NCBI GenBank assembly: GCA_027618305.1
Contig: JAQCFD010000003.1
Location: 1-39,326, forward strand
DNA length: 39,326 bases
DNA from: Pseudomonadota bacterium
GTDB taxonomy: Bacteria > Pseudomonadota > Alphaproteobacteria > UBA6615
Direction: 5' to 3'
Made by a program: the position numbers and the translations under genes. This document shows positions 19,393-28,759 of this stretch, one piece after another. Each line of letters begins with the position of its first letter. Within the stretch, counting starts at the first letter, position 1. Below the pieces are notes generated by a model that saw only the letters and a list, made by a program, of their open reading frames with translations, ran no database searches and was not told the DNA's origin.

Positions 19393-20511
19393 CTAGTCGG
19401 TCAGGCAGAGACCATGTTCAGGCCGGAAGGTCAGCCAGACCGTCTGGTCGGGGCGCAGATTCTCGTAATGGTCGATCTGAATGCCGATCTCATGTCCGCT
19501 CGCGCTCACCCGGCCCTCGAGGAAACTCCCGAGATAGATGGTATCGATGACCTTACCCTCGATGACATTTTGGCCATCCGATACATCGGGCGCATCGAGA
19601 TGGAGCTGCACATCTTCGGGCCGCAGGTTGAAGAAGATCCGATCACCCGTTTGCGCGGCGGGGGCACCCGTCCCGCGCAGCCGCAGCGGCGCACCGCCAT
19701 TGGTCGACGGCACCTCGACCTCGCAGGTCTCGCCGCTGCGCGCGGTCAGCTTGCCCTCGAGCAGGCTGGTCACGCCGATGAAGTTTGCGACAAATGAATT
19801 GACCGGGTTCGCATAGATGTCCTCCGGGTCGCCGATCTGCTGGATCACGGCCTTGTCCATGACCACCACCCGGTCGCTCATGACCAGCGCTTCGGACTGG
19901 TCATGGGTGACGAAGATCGAGGTGATCCCGACTTCCTTCTGCAGGCGCACAATCTCGTCGCGCATCTGCTCACGCAGCTTCGCATCGAGGTTCGAGAGCG
20001 GCTCATCGAACAGGATGACATCCGGTTCGTAGACAATCGCGCGGGCGAGCGCGACGCGCTGGCGCTGGCCACCCGAAAGCTTCGTGGCGAACCGGTCGGC
20101 GACGTGATCGAGGCCGACAAGCTCCAGGGCCTTCATGGTCTTCGTCTTGATTTCGGCACCGGACGCACGGCGCACCCGCAGCCCGTAGGCGACGTTGTCA
20201 AACACCGTCATATGCGGCCACACGGCGTAACTCTGGAAGACCATCCCGATGTTGCGGTGTTCCGGGAACAGGTAGATGTCCTTCTCCGGCGCGACAACGG
20301 TTTCGCCGCCAATCCGGATTTCACCGGCTTCCGGCCGCTCGAGACCCGCGACACAGCGCAGAGTCGTGGTCTTCCCGCAACCCGACGGCCCCAGGAGAGT
20401 AACGAATTCGCCCTGGGCGATATCCAGGTTGAAGTCCTTCACGGCGGTCTCCGCACCGTAACTCTTGTAGAGATGCTCGATCGAGACTTTGATGTCGCTA
20501 TTCGAGGTCAT
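19393..20511 (-). CDS. ABC transporter ATP-binding protein (PotA/FbpC type with TOBE domain)
   Basis: GPSGCGKTT, FQSYAVWPHM, LSGGQRQR, LFDEPLSNLDA, VTHDQ. ATG 20511 overlaps the upstream stop. Confidence 0.93.
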   Translation of the reverse strand: MTSNSDIKVSIEHLYKSYGAETAVKDFNLDIAQGEFVTLLGPSGCGKTTTLRCVAGLERPEAGEIRIGGETVVAPEKDIYLFPEHRNIGMVFQSYAVWPHMTVFDNVAYGLRVRRASGAEIKTKTMKALELVGLDHVADRFATKLSGGQRQRVALARAIVYEPDVILFDEPLSNLDAKLREQMRDEIVRLQKEVGITSIFVTHDQSEALVMSDRVVVMDKAVIQQIGDPEDIYANPVNSFVANFIGVTSLLEGKLTARSGETCEVEVPSTNGGAPLRLRGTGAPAAQTGDRIFFNLRPEDVQLHLDAPDVSDGQNVIEGKVIDTIYLGSFLEGRVSASGHEIGIQIDHYENLRPDQTVWLTFRPEHGLCLTD

Positions 20512-21611
20512 GGCTGCACCGCCAAAGTGTGTTCGGCATCGAAGCGCAGATGCACTTTCTCGCCGGTACGCGGATGATTGCGGGGGTGAGAGATCACCTT
20601 CCACTCGAAGTCGCCCCACTTCACCCGGCAGTCGACATAACTGCCCAGGAAAATAGCGTGGATACACTCGCCCGTCAGCACACCACCACCGCCCTCGGGG
20701 ACGGCATGGACGTTCTCGGGACGGACTGAAAGAACCGCGTCCTCGCCGGCGGCAATGCCGGCCGTAAGGCGGCACGGCAGCTGTACCGTCTGCCCGTCCT
20801 GGGTGACTTCGAACTTGCCGATGCCCGGCTCGCTGACTTCAACGACCTTCCCCTTCATGAGATTGGCGATGCCGATGAAGTTGCTGACATACTCGTTGAC
20901 GGGCTTCGAATAGATTTCAACGGGCCCGCCACGTTGCTCGATCTTGCCCTTGCTCATGACGATGATCTCGTCGCTCATCACCAGCGCTTCGGACTGGTCA
21001 TGGGTCACATAAATCGATGTGATGCCGACCTCGTTCTGGATGCGCTTGAGCTCGACGCGCATCTGTTCGCGCAACTTGAGATCGAGGTTCGAGAGGGGTT
21101 CGTCGAACAGCAGCAGGCTCGGTTTGGACACAATGGCACGTGCCAGGGAGGCACGCTGCTGCTGGCCGCCCGACAGGTTGGTCGCGAGGCTGTCCGCCCA
21201 GTCGGTCAATCCGACCAGCTCGAGCACCTCGGCCACACGGTCGTCGATGTCCGATTGGTCCCAATTACGAATCTCGAGCGGATAGGCGACATTCTGCGCC
21301 ACCGTCATGTGCGGCCAGATGGCGTAGCTCTGGAAGACCATCCCGATGTCGCGTTTTTCCGGCGGCAGGAACAGACCTTCCTTGGGCGACGTGAATATCG
21401 TCTCGCCAACCCGAATTCGCCCACCATCGATCGTATGCAGGCCGGCAATGCTCATCAGCGTCGTCGTCTTGCCGCAGCCCGAGGGGCCCAACAGCGTCAG
21501 GAATGCGCCCTTCGGTATACCGAAGGAAATGCCGTCCACAGCCTTGTCGTCGCCGAAATACTTGACGAGATTATCGACCTGCAGATAGGCGCCGGATGTA
21601 TCAACAGCCAT
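20508..21611 (-). CDS. Second ABC transporter ATP-binding protein (PotA/FbpC type)
   Basis: [32 protein letters not shown]. Confidence 0.93.
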   Translation of the reverse strand: MAVDTSGAYLQVDNLVKYFGDDKAVDGISFGIPKGAFLTLLGPSGCGKTTTLMSIAGLHTIDGGRIRVGETIFTSPKEGLFLPPEKRDIGMVFQSYAIWPHMTVAQNVAYPLEIRNWDQSDIDDRVAEVLELVGLTDWADSLATNLSGGQQQRASLARAIVSKPSLLLFDEPLSNLDLKLREQMRVELKRIQNEVGITSIYVTHDQSEALVMSDEIIVMSKGKIEQRGGPVEIYSKPVNEYVSNFIGIANLMKGKVVEVSEPGIGKFEVTQDGQTVQLPCRLTAGIAAGEDAVLSVRPENVHAVPEGGGGVLTGECIHAIFLGSYVDCRVKWGDFEWKVISHPRNHPRTGEKVHLRFDAEHTLAVQP

Positions 21612-21621
21612 GATTCTCCCC

Positions 21622-23373
21622 CTAGGCCGTCAGGGCTTCGCGCCCGGCGAAGCGCCGGAATGCATAGATTGCGATCAGCAGCAGAACCGTCTGCGCCATC
21701 GACAGGGCCGCGGTGAGCGGCTCGTTCTCGAAGTTCGTCAGATAGTAAACGCCGACCGACAGTGTTTCGGTGCCCGTCGTGAACAGGATAATCGAGATCG
21801 ACAGTTCACGCAGGAAGATGATGAACAGCAAAATCCAGCCCGCGAACAGACCGGGTTTCAACAGCGGGATCGTGATCCGCCACAGGGTCGTGAACCAGGA
21901 TGCACCCGCCATCCGCGACGACTGGTCGAGCTCTTCGGAGATCGCCAGCATGATCGAGGAGATGTTGCGCTGCCCGTAAGGGAAGAAGCGCGTGATGTAG
22001 GCCAGCATCAAAATCCACAGCGTCGCGTAGATCGGGGTCTGGATGTAGGTCACCAGCACGCCCATCGCCAACACGATGCCCGGGAAGCCGATCGGCACCA
22101 CCGACAGGAAGTCGAGCATCCGCACGCCGAAACCCTTGGTGCGGTGGATCATGTAGGAGATGACCAGCGCCATCACCATCGCAATCGACGCGCCGCCGAA
22201 GGCCAGAATCAGCGAGTTGCCGATGCCGTTGGTCGCCGCCGAGATCGCTTCCGGACGCCACCAGAACAGGGTCTTCACATAGTTGATGGTGGTCAAATCC
22301 GCCCACACGATCTTGCCGGTCCACACCGGGTGCAGGCTGACGATGATCAGGCAGACGATCGGCAGCACCACCGCAACGGCGATGAACGTCAGATTGTAGC
22401 CGAAGGCCACCCACTTCCACGGGCCCAGATCGAGCACGTTCGGGCGGAAGCCCTTGCCGGTCACGGTTGTGAAGGACCGCGGCGCGATGTAGCGCTGCTG
22501 AACCCAGATTAGGAACACGGTGATAATGCCCAGCGCCATGCTCATCGCGGCGCCGAGGTAATGGTTGGCGTCGTCGCCGACCGCCTTGGAGAAAATCTGT
22601 GTCGTCAGGGTTTCCCAGCCATAAGGAGCCGAGAGCTTGAACGGTACGCCGAACTCGCCGGCACTGGTCACGAACACGATGATCGCGCCCGAAAGGATGC
22701 CCGGCATGACCAGCGGCAGGGTGACCGTCATGGTCGTGCGCACGAGGCCGGCACCGGTCGTCCGCGCACTGTCCTCCAGCGAGGGGTCCATGCGTCGCAG
22801 CGAGCCAACCACAAAGAGATAAACCAGTGGCGCGAAGAAGATGCCGGTCACCCAGATCACGCCCCAGATATTGTCGATATTCATGATCGCGCCCTCGATC
22901 CCGAGGACATCGCGCGCCAGGTTGTTCAGCAGTCCGGTCTGGGGCTCACCCAGATTGTGCCAGGCGATCGCGCCGACGAAGGGCGAAAGGAAGAACGGGA
23001 TCAGATTGTAGGGCTCGAGATAGTCGCGGCCCGGGCAGTTGGTGCGCGCGTTGATCCAGGCGAGTGACACACCGAGGAAGGTGGCCAGCACCGTGGAGCC
23101 CGACGAGATGATCAGCGTGTTGATGAATGCCTTCGGGATAATCCGGTCGGTGAACATCTCGACATAGTTGCCGAAGCCCCAGGCCGTATCCCAACCCAGC
23201 GGGTCGAGCACCTTGAAGCTGGAGACGAACAAAACCGCCAAAGGCACGATCACAGCGCCGGCGACGATAATCGCCACGACAAAGGTGATCAGGTTCTCCT
23301 GCGTCATCATGGCGCGCAGGCGGTTGCTGGTGCGGGAGCGTTCGCGCGTCGGCGAAAGTGTTTCCGTGGTCAT
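21622..23373 (-). CDS. ABC permease, fused double-domain (FbpB/AfuB/ThiP type)
   Basis: 583 aa, about 12 TM segments, two EAA-like loops (LEDSARTTGA, LDQSSRMAGA). Confidence 0.92.
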   Translation of the reverse strand: MTTETLSPTRERSRTSNRLRAMMTQENLITFVVAIIVAGAVIVPLAVLFVSSFKVLDPLGWDTAWGFGNYVEMFTDRIIPKAFINTLIISSGSTVLATFLGVSLAWINARTNCPGRDYLEPYNLIPFFLSPFVGAIAWHNLGEPQTGLLNNLARDVLGIEGAIMNIDNIWGVIWVTGIFFAPLVYLFVVGSLRRMDPSLEDSARTTGAGLVRTTMTVTLPLVMPGILSGAIIVFVTSAGEFGVPFKLSAPYGWETLTTQIFSKAVGDDANHYLGAAMSMALGIITVFLIWVQQRYIAPRSFTTVTGKGFRPNVLDLGPWKWVAFGYNLTFIAVAVVLPIVCLIIVSLHPVWTGKIVWADLTTINYVKTLFWWRPEAISAATNGIGNSLILAFGGASIAMVMALVISYMIHRTKGFGVRMLDFLSVVPIGFPGIVLAMGVLVTYIQTPIYATLWILMLAYITRFFPYGQRNISSIMLAISEELDQSSRMAGASWFTTLWRITIPLLKPGLFAGWILLFIIFLRELSISIILFTTGTETLSVGVYYLTNFENEPLTAALSMAQTVLLLIAIYAFRRFAGREALTA

Positions 23374-23460
23374 CGCGTATCCACCGGATCAAATCTGAAT
23401 GGGGTCACACGACGAATTCGCCGTGCAATGCATAAAAGCTGCAGCTGGGAAGTGGAAGTG

Positions 23461-23495
23461 ATCGCGGGGTCCGGGAATTTTCCGGACCCCGCGAT
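23461..23495 (-). other. Perfect 14-bp stem hairpin between substrate-binding and permease genes
   Basis: atcgcggggtccgg-gaatttt-ccggaccccgcgat. No U-tract on the coding strand, so more likely an mRNA stabiliser than a terminator. Confidence 0.7.
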
Positions 23496-23514
23496 ATCCG
23501 TCAGGCTCTGGGGC

Positions 23515-24633
23515 CTAGCGGAAGTTCTCTTGCCAAAGGTCGCGCGCAGGCTTGGCATCCTTCGCCGCCTGAACAACCCAGTCCTTCATGCCGAGCAGCT
23601 TGGTCTTATCAAGGTCAAGCAGATACGGCGCAGCTGCAGCCGGCGGCTCGTAGCCCGCACGCATGCTGTAGACGGCCTCACCTTCGACGAAGATGTCTGA
23701 ACCTTCTTTCGACAGCAGGAACTCGATCAGCAGTTTGCCGGCGTTCGGGTGCGGGGCACCTTTGAGCACGGCAACCTGGTTGCCGAGCATGACCTGACCT
23801 TCGCTGTAGGAGCCGATCTTGAGCTTGTCCTTGAGGTCCTCGGACTTGAGCACGTTCTGATACACGCGGCCCGACAGGTTCCACATGTCGAACGGACGCT
23901 GACAGGAAATGACCATCTGCATCTTCGGCTCGGTGCGGAACTCGACGAGGGGGTCGGTCTTCTTCAGTGCCGGCCAGAACTCGTTGAAGTTCACGGCGCC
24001 CGCCTCAGCCAACGCCAACGTCGTGTTGGTGTAGGTGAACGACTTGGTGATGTCGGACGAGATGGTCTTGCCGCTCAGGCTGGCCGCGACCGTGTCCGCA
24101 TAAGACGTGACGTTGAAGTTCTCCATGCCGGGGCAGGATGCGTTCCAGACCGGCTGGAACGTGTAAGCCAACGGCGTCACCACATACGGATACTTCGAAT
24201 ACTGACCGGCCTTCTCGACCAATCCCACGCTGTCTGCCCAGTAACCGCTATCGAGTTTCTCGAACGCATCGCGCTCGGCAGCGGCAGCAAAGAAGCTCGG
24301 CGCGCTGACCAGAATCAGGTCGACGGTGAACTTGCCGGCCTGAATTTCCTGGCGGACCTGCGCCACCGTGGCGCCCGTGCCCTTGCGAAGGCTGTTGAAT
24401 TCGAAGTCGTCGCCAAGATTATAGCGCGCCCTGAAAGCCTCGCCCATGCGCTGCGCCGTACGGTCGCTGAACAGAGGATGAATGATGGTGACACCACCTT
24501 CGGCCTTTGCCAGCGGCGCGAGCGCCTTTTCCTGGGCATTGAGATGGCCGTCGGCCTGCGCAACCGAACCGGCCGCGAGAAGAGCGATCGCCGACACGGC
24601 TCCCGCCCACACTGATTTACGTTGGAATTTCAT
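23515..24633 (-). CDS. ABC substrate-binding protein (AfuA/FbpA/PotD-like)
   Basis: Sec signal ending AQA, AKAEGGVTI, APHPNAGKLLIEFLLSKEG; GAGG RBS. Confidence 0.9.
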   Translation of the reverse strand: MKFQRKSVWAGAVSAIALLAAGSVAQADGHLNAQEKALAPLAKAEGGVTIIHPLFSDRTAQRMGEAFRARYNLGDDFEFNSLRKGTGATVAQVRQEIQAGKFTVDLILVSAPSFFAAAAERDAFEKLDSGYWADSVGLVEKAGQYSKYPYVVTPLAYTFQPVWNASCPGMENFNVTSYADTVAASLSGKTISSDITKSFTYTNTTLALAEAGAVNFNEFWPALKKTDPLVEFRTEPKMQMVISCQRPFDMWNLSGRVYQNVLKSEDLKDKLKIGSYSEGQVMLGNQVAVLKGAPHPNAGKLLIEFLLSKEGSDIFVEGEAVYSMRAGYEPPAAAAPYLLDLDKTKLLGMKDWVVQAAKDAKPARDLWQENFR

Positions 24634-24733
24634 CGAATTCCTCTCCCTATGTTCATTTAGTTAACGGAACGCCACTATTTTTCTTTTTGTGTAACGGATT
24701 TGTGGGGCAGAGGGAAGAGGATGTTGTCCGGAC

Positions 24734-25501
24734 TTATCCAGATATTTTAGTCAGCGCGGCGGCCTGGGCCGCCCGGGCTTCCGAACTCGTCATATTGAGC
24801 AATACCTGATCCTGCTCCAGCGTTGCGGTATCGGTCCCTGAGAACAGCCGGTTCACCGATTCCTTGATCATCTGCTGGGCCACCCGGGGTTTGGCCGTGA
24901 TCTCCGCCGCCATCACCAGCGCCGCGGCCATCGTGTCGTCACTCACCTCTTCACACAGGCCCCAGTCGAGTGCCGTCGCGGCGTCGACCCGGCGGCACAG
25001 CCCGGCGATCAGCTTGGCGCGGGCCGGCCCGACGAGCCGGACCAGGCGCGGCAGCGTGCCCCAGGAATAGGTGATGCCGAGCTCCACCTCCGGTGCGCGC
25101 AACCATGCGCCCGTCTGCAGAATGCGGAAGTCACACGACAGGGCGAGCGAAATGCCACCGCCAATCGCGAACCGGTCAACCGCCGCAATCGTCAGCTGGG
25201 GCAGTGCCTCCCAGGCGCGGCACATCTCCAGGCCAAGGCGGATGTGCCGCCGCGCCTCAACAAGCGGAAGCTCCTGCGCAAATGAATCCGGTTGGGAGAT
25301 ATCGTTGCCCGCACAGAAGGCGCCCCCGGCGCCGGCCAGGATAATCGCACCGATATCGGTCCGCTCGGCCAGCGCGTGCGCCGTGGCAGCAAGCTCTCGC
25401 TTCAATTCAGACGACAGCGCGTTGCGTTTGTGTGGCCGATTGAGCCGCACAATCAGCGTATCGCCGCCGGCCTCCTCGACGGTCACGACGGGATCGGACA
25501 C
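24734..25501 (-). CDS. Enoyl-CoA hydratase/isomerase (crotonase) family protein
   Basis: AGGAG then GTG 25501; LNRP.KRNAL, AFCAGND, AIGGG, PEVELG. Confidence 0.9.
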   Translation of the reverse strand: MSDPVVTVEEAGGDTLIVRLNRPHKRNALSSELKRELAATAHALAERTDIGAIILAGAGGAFCAGNDISQPDSFAQELPLVEARRHIRLGLEMCRAWEALPQLTIAAVDRFAIGGGISLALSCDFRILQTGAWLRAPEVELGITYSWGTLPRLVRLVGPARAKLIAGLCRRVDAATALDWGLCEEVSDDTMAAALVMAAEITAKPRVAQQMIKESVNRLFSGTDTATLEQDQVLLNMTSSEARAAQAAALTKISG

Positions 25502-25526
25502 AACAATTCTCCTTAAACGCGAACCA

Positions 25527-26390
25527 CTAGTCGTAAAACACGAACACCCGGGTCTCGATGGTCTCACGCGCCGCCGGGACCGGCGGCGAGTTCGGGTCCT
25601 CGAAGGCGGAGTGCAGGGCATAACGCGCCGTGCCGTCGGTGAGCGTGTCGTAATTCTTGAACAGCAGGACCTCGTCCCGCGTCATGCGCGGAAAATAATA
25701 CCAGCGATGGTTCGCATCATACGCCGCATGGCGCGTGGCACTGGGGCGCGCATATTCGAAGGACGGCTCCGGGCGGATTGGCGCCTCACGGCGGGTCGAG
25801 ATCAGAAAATCTTCATCGATCGTGCGCGAATCGCACACGGTCAGCGGCCACTGTTCGATCGGCCCGGACATCGAGCGCCAGACGTTCACGATGGCGAATC
25901 GGCCCCGCAGACGTTCGTCTGCCGCATCGCCGAACTTGTCACGCATACGTTGCCTGGCGGAGGAATCGTCGTAATCGCTATGGGGTGCGGGAACGGGATC
26001 GCGCGACCCGTATTTCTCCCGGTGCGATGCATCGGTCGAACGCCGGGTGTGGTCGAACACGATGGCTTCACGGGCCCCGGCGATCCTGGCCACCAGCGTT
26101 TCGATCTCTGGTGTGTAGACGGATGCCAGCTGCGCATCATCATTGAAGTCGGTCACCTGCGTTACCTGCTCGGCGAATGCGAAACCCTCAATATCCAGAG
26201 TCAAACTCTCAGCCAACGGCCGGGCGTTTCGAATGGTAACCGTCCGCGGCTGGCGCGCACCGCTCAAACTGACTGTACCGGCGGCTGTCGCGGTCTGGGT
26301 GAAGACGGGCGTCTCGCTTGTATCCACCAAATAGTTGAGCGCCGCCATTATCTCGGGCGCCATTGACCTATCCCCTGCTCCGCCAGTCAT
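25527..26390 (-). CDS. CmcJ/NvfI/AsaB-like Fe(II)-dependent oxygenase
   Basis: LDIEGF, FDHTRR, HSDY, IVNVWR, WYYFP.MT.DEVLLFK.YD, HSAF, RETIETR. GGAGG before ATG 26390 (alternative 26363). Confidence 0.85.
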   Translation of the reverse strand: MTGGAGDRSMAPEIMAALNYLVDTSETPVFTQTATAAGTVSLSGARQPRTVTIRNARPLAESLTLDIEGFAFAEQVTQVTDFNDDAQLASVYTPEIETLVARIAGAREAIVFDHTRRSTDASHREKYGSRDPVPAPHSDYDDSSARQRMRDKFGDAADERLRGRFAIVNVWRSMSGPIEQWPLTVCDSRTIDEDFLISTRREAPIRPEPSFEYARPSATRHAAYDANHRWYYFPRMTRDEVLLFKNYDTLTDGTARYALHSAFEDPNSPPVPAARETIETRVFVFYD

Positions 26391-26595
26391 GGCGCAACCT
26401 CCCCTTTGGTCACCCGCCCGTTCCTCCGAGCGTGGCAAGCAGTCTATGGCGCAAGTTGCAGCGGAGTCCACGAACCGAATAATATTGGCGCGCCGACGCG
26501 CATCGCGGCGCAGCGGCAGAATCGTTTAGAATTGATGGGACAATACATGGTCGCGCCAAACAGGCTCGACCGGCATGTTTCCACAACAAAGAGCC

Positions 26596-27531
26596 ATGGC
26601 GCACGAATGTCTGAAATTGGCGCCTCTCAAACCCCGTTTGCCGATGATCGACAAACTCGCTAAGGCCGCCCGCGATCCCGTGCTCGCATGGGCCTGGGCC
26701 TACAGTCGATGGTGCCCGCAACGGGCCGTGAAGCGTGCGACCGCGCTCGCGCGGCGGGCGGGCCTGCGCCAACCTCATTTCGTGTTGTCTTTCGACTGCG
26801 ATACCGATGCCGACAGCGCGGTGGTGCCTGCGATGCATGCCCGGCTGCGCTCCGGCGGCCTGTCGCCCTTATATGCGGTCGCCGGCGAAGTGCTCGCGGC
26901 GGCGGCAAACGACTACCGCGCGATAGCCGAAGAAGGCGCGGTATTCCTCAATCATGGCTTTCGCCGCCACGCCGCACGGGACTCTGCATCCGGCGACGTG
27001 ACATCGACCTACTTCTATGGCGACGTCTCCGAGGCAGAGTGGCAAGACGATATTCGCCGGGGTGCCGAGGCTGTCGGGGACATTCTCGGTCAGCGACCGG
27101 ATGGATTTCGCACACCCCATTTCGCGAGCTTCGAATCCCCGCGTGACTTGATGGCCCTGTGGCAGTTCCTGTCCGAACTCGGATATCGCTATTCAAGCTC
27201 GACACGTCCGCTGTTCGGATTGCGGCACGGACCGTTCTTCACGCGCGCAGGGATCGTCGAGTTTCCCGTGAGTGGTTGCCTGACCGAACCGGGGCAGATA
27301 TTGGACAGCTGGGGATTGATACGCCGCGGCGACGGCACATCGCGGCGCCTCCTCGAAGAATTACGTGCCTATCTGGCGTTGATGGAGACCGGCCAGCCGG
27401 GCCTCCTCAACCTTTACCTGGACCCGGCGGATGTCGCCGACGATGAAGATGTTCTCAAGATGCTGACGCGCTTTGCACCTTTTGCTGCGAAAGACTTTGC
27501 ATCCGTACTCGGGCGGGCCGACCATGGCTGA
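26596..27531 (+). CDS. Polysaccharide deacetylase (NodB/CE4-like) family protein
   Basis: LSFDCD, NHGFRRH, GFRTPHF, YSSS. Start uncertain (26575, 26596 or 26644). Confidence 0.82.
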   Translation: MAHECLKLAPLKPRLPMIDKLAKAARDPVLAWAWAYSRWCPQRAVKRATALARRAGLRQPHFVLSFDCDTDADSAVVPAMHARLRSGGLSPLYAVAGEVLAAAANDYRAIAEEGAVFLNHGFRRHAARDSASGDVTSTYFYGDVSEAEWQDDIRRGAEAVGDILGQRPDGFRTPHFASFESPRDLMALWQFLSELGYRYSSSTRPLFGLRHGPFFTRAGIVEFPVSGCLTEPGQILDSWGLIRRGDGTSRRLLEELRAYLALMETGQPGLLNLYLDPADVADDEDVLKMLTRFAPFAAKDFASVLGRADHG

Positions 27532-28759
27532 CACCAACATGCGCATCCTGTGCCTTGGCTATTGTTTTCCGCCTGTGGCCAGCCCCGAGGCGTTCGTCAC
27601 CGCCAAGACGATGGCCGCTATTCCCGATGCAGAGGTCGATATCGTGACGGCCTCGGCAAATCTTTATGCCCAGCTCCCCGATCACAGTCTCGACGCCTAT
27701 GTCGAATCGCGTTTCGGCCGGATCGAACGGATCGACGGCGGGTTGTTTCGGATGCTGGGGAAAATTTCACGGCTGCCCCTGCGGCCCGACCGGTATCTGT
27801 TGCTCACGCGCGCCACCACGGCCCGCGCGGAAGCCATGCAACCCGACGGATATGACTGCCTGGTCACACGCTCGCAGTATCATTCGGTCCATGCCGCAGG
27901 ACGCCGCCTGAAGCAGCGCCACCCCGATCTGCCCTGGGTCGCGTGTTTTTCGGACCCATGGTCGGGGGGGGCCTATGAACGCCAGGTCCCGCTGATGTCG
28001 CCCTGGAGCCGCAACCTGGAGCGCAAGGTCTTGCGCGAAGCCGACGCGCTGGTGTTTCCCACGGCCGAGATGCGGGACTATTTTGCGGCACTGAACACCG
28101 GGATTTCGATCACGCAAAAGAGCCATGTCGTACCCCATGGGTACGACCCCACGCTCTACGACGGCACGTCGCCGACGCAAACGTCGCAAAAAGTCCGGGT
28201 TGGGATGTTCGGCACATTCTACGGCCCGCGGACACCGCAGTTGCTTCTCGAAGCGATCGAACGCGCCGCGGGCGACGGATCGGCACCTGAATTCACTGTT
28301 GAAATTTTCGGGCCTGGCGGCGCGGCCTTCAATCGTGAACTGGTCAAACACCCCGCCGCGGAAAAACTTGTCACCCATGGCGGCGTTCTTCCCCATACGG
28401 ACGCGCTCGTCCGCATGAAATCTTTCGACCTGCTAGTCATCAGCGACGCGCCCATGGCGACGCGTTCCATGTTTCTGCCCTCGAAGATTGCGGATTATCT
28501 GGGGTCCGGAAGACAGATGTTCGCAATCACGCCGGAAGGACCCACGCAGGATTTGATTGAACGCATCGGGGGTTGGTCCGTAATCCCTGACGAGCCCGCC
28601 GCCGTGGCGGCGGTTCTGATCGACGCCATTCGGGGCGTCAACGCAGTGAAACCGGCACAGTCTGATGAGGCACGCGACGCGTACAGCATCGAGCGGATCG
28701 GTCGCCGCTTCCGCGACATACTGGACCAGTTGATCGCCTCAAAGGCGGCGAAATCTTGA
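27524..28759 (+). CDS. GT-B (GT4-like) glycosyltransferase
   Basis: MRILCLGYCFPP, PWVACFSDPW, VVPHGYD, GTFYGPR, PSKIADYL. Confidence 0.88.
   Translation: MADTNMRILCLGYCFPPVASPEAFVTAKTMAAIPDAEVDIVTASANLYAQLPDHSLDAYVESRFGRIERIDGGLFRMLGKISRLPLRPDRYLLLTRATTARAEAMQPDGYDCLVTRSQYHSVHAAGRRLKQRHPDLPWVACFSDPWSGGAYERQVPLMSPWSRNLERKVLREADALVFPTAEMRDYFAALNTGISITQKSHVVPHGYDPTLYDGTSPTQTSQKVRVGMFGTFYGPRTPQLLLEAIERAAGDGSAPEFTVEIFGPGGAAFNRELVKHPAAEKLVTHGGVLPHTDALVRMKSFDLLVISDAPMATRSMFLPSKIADYLGSGRQMFAITPEGPTQDLIERIGGWSVIPDEPAAVAAVLIDAIRGVNAVKPAQSDEARDAYSIERIGRRFRDILDQLIASKAAKS

Noticed and set aside
24660-24700. Direct repeat TAACGGA upstream of the SBP gene as an operator
   Set aside because: Only 7 bp with no cognate regulator nearby; cannot be distinguished from chance.
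26440-26465. sigma54 promoter for the glycan locus (TGGCGC...TTGCA)
   Set aside because: The spacing is N3 rather than the strict N5.
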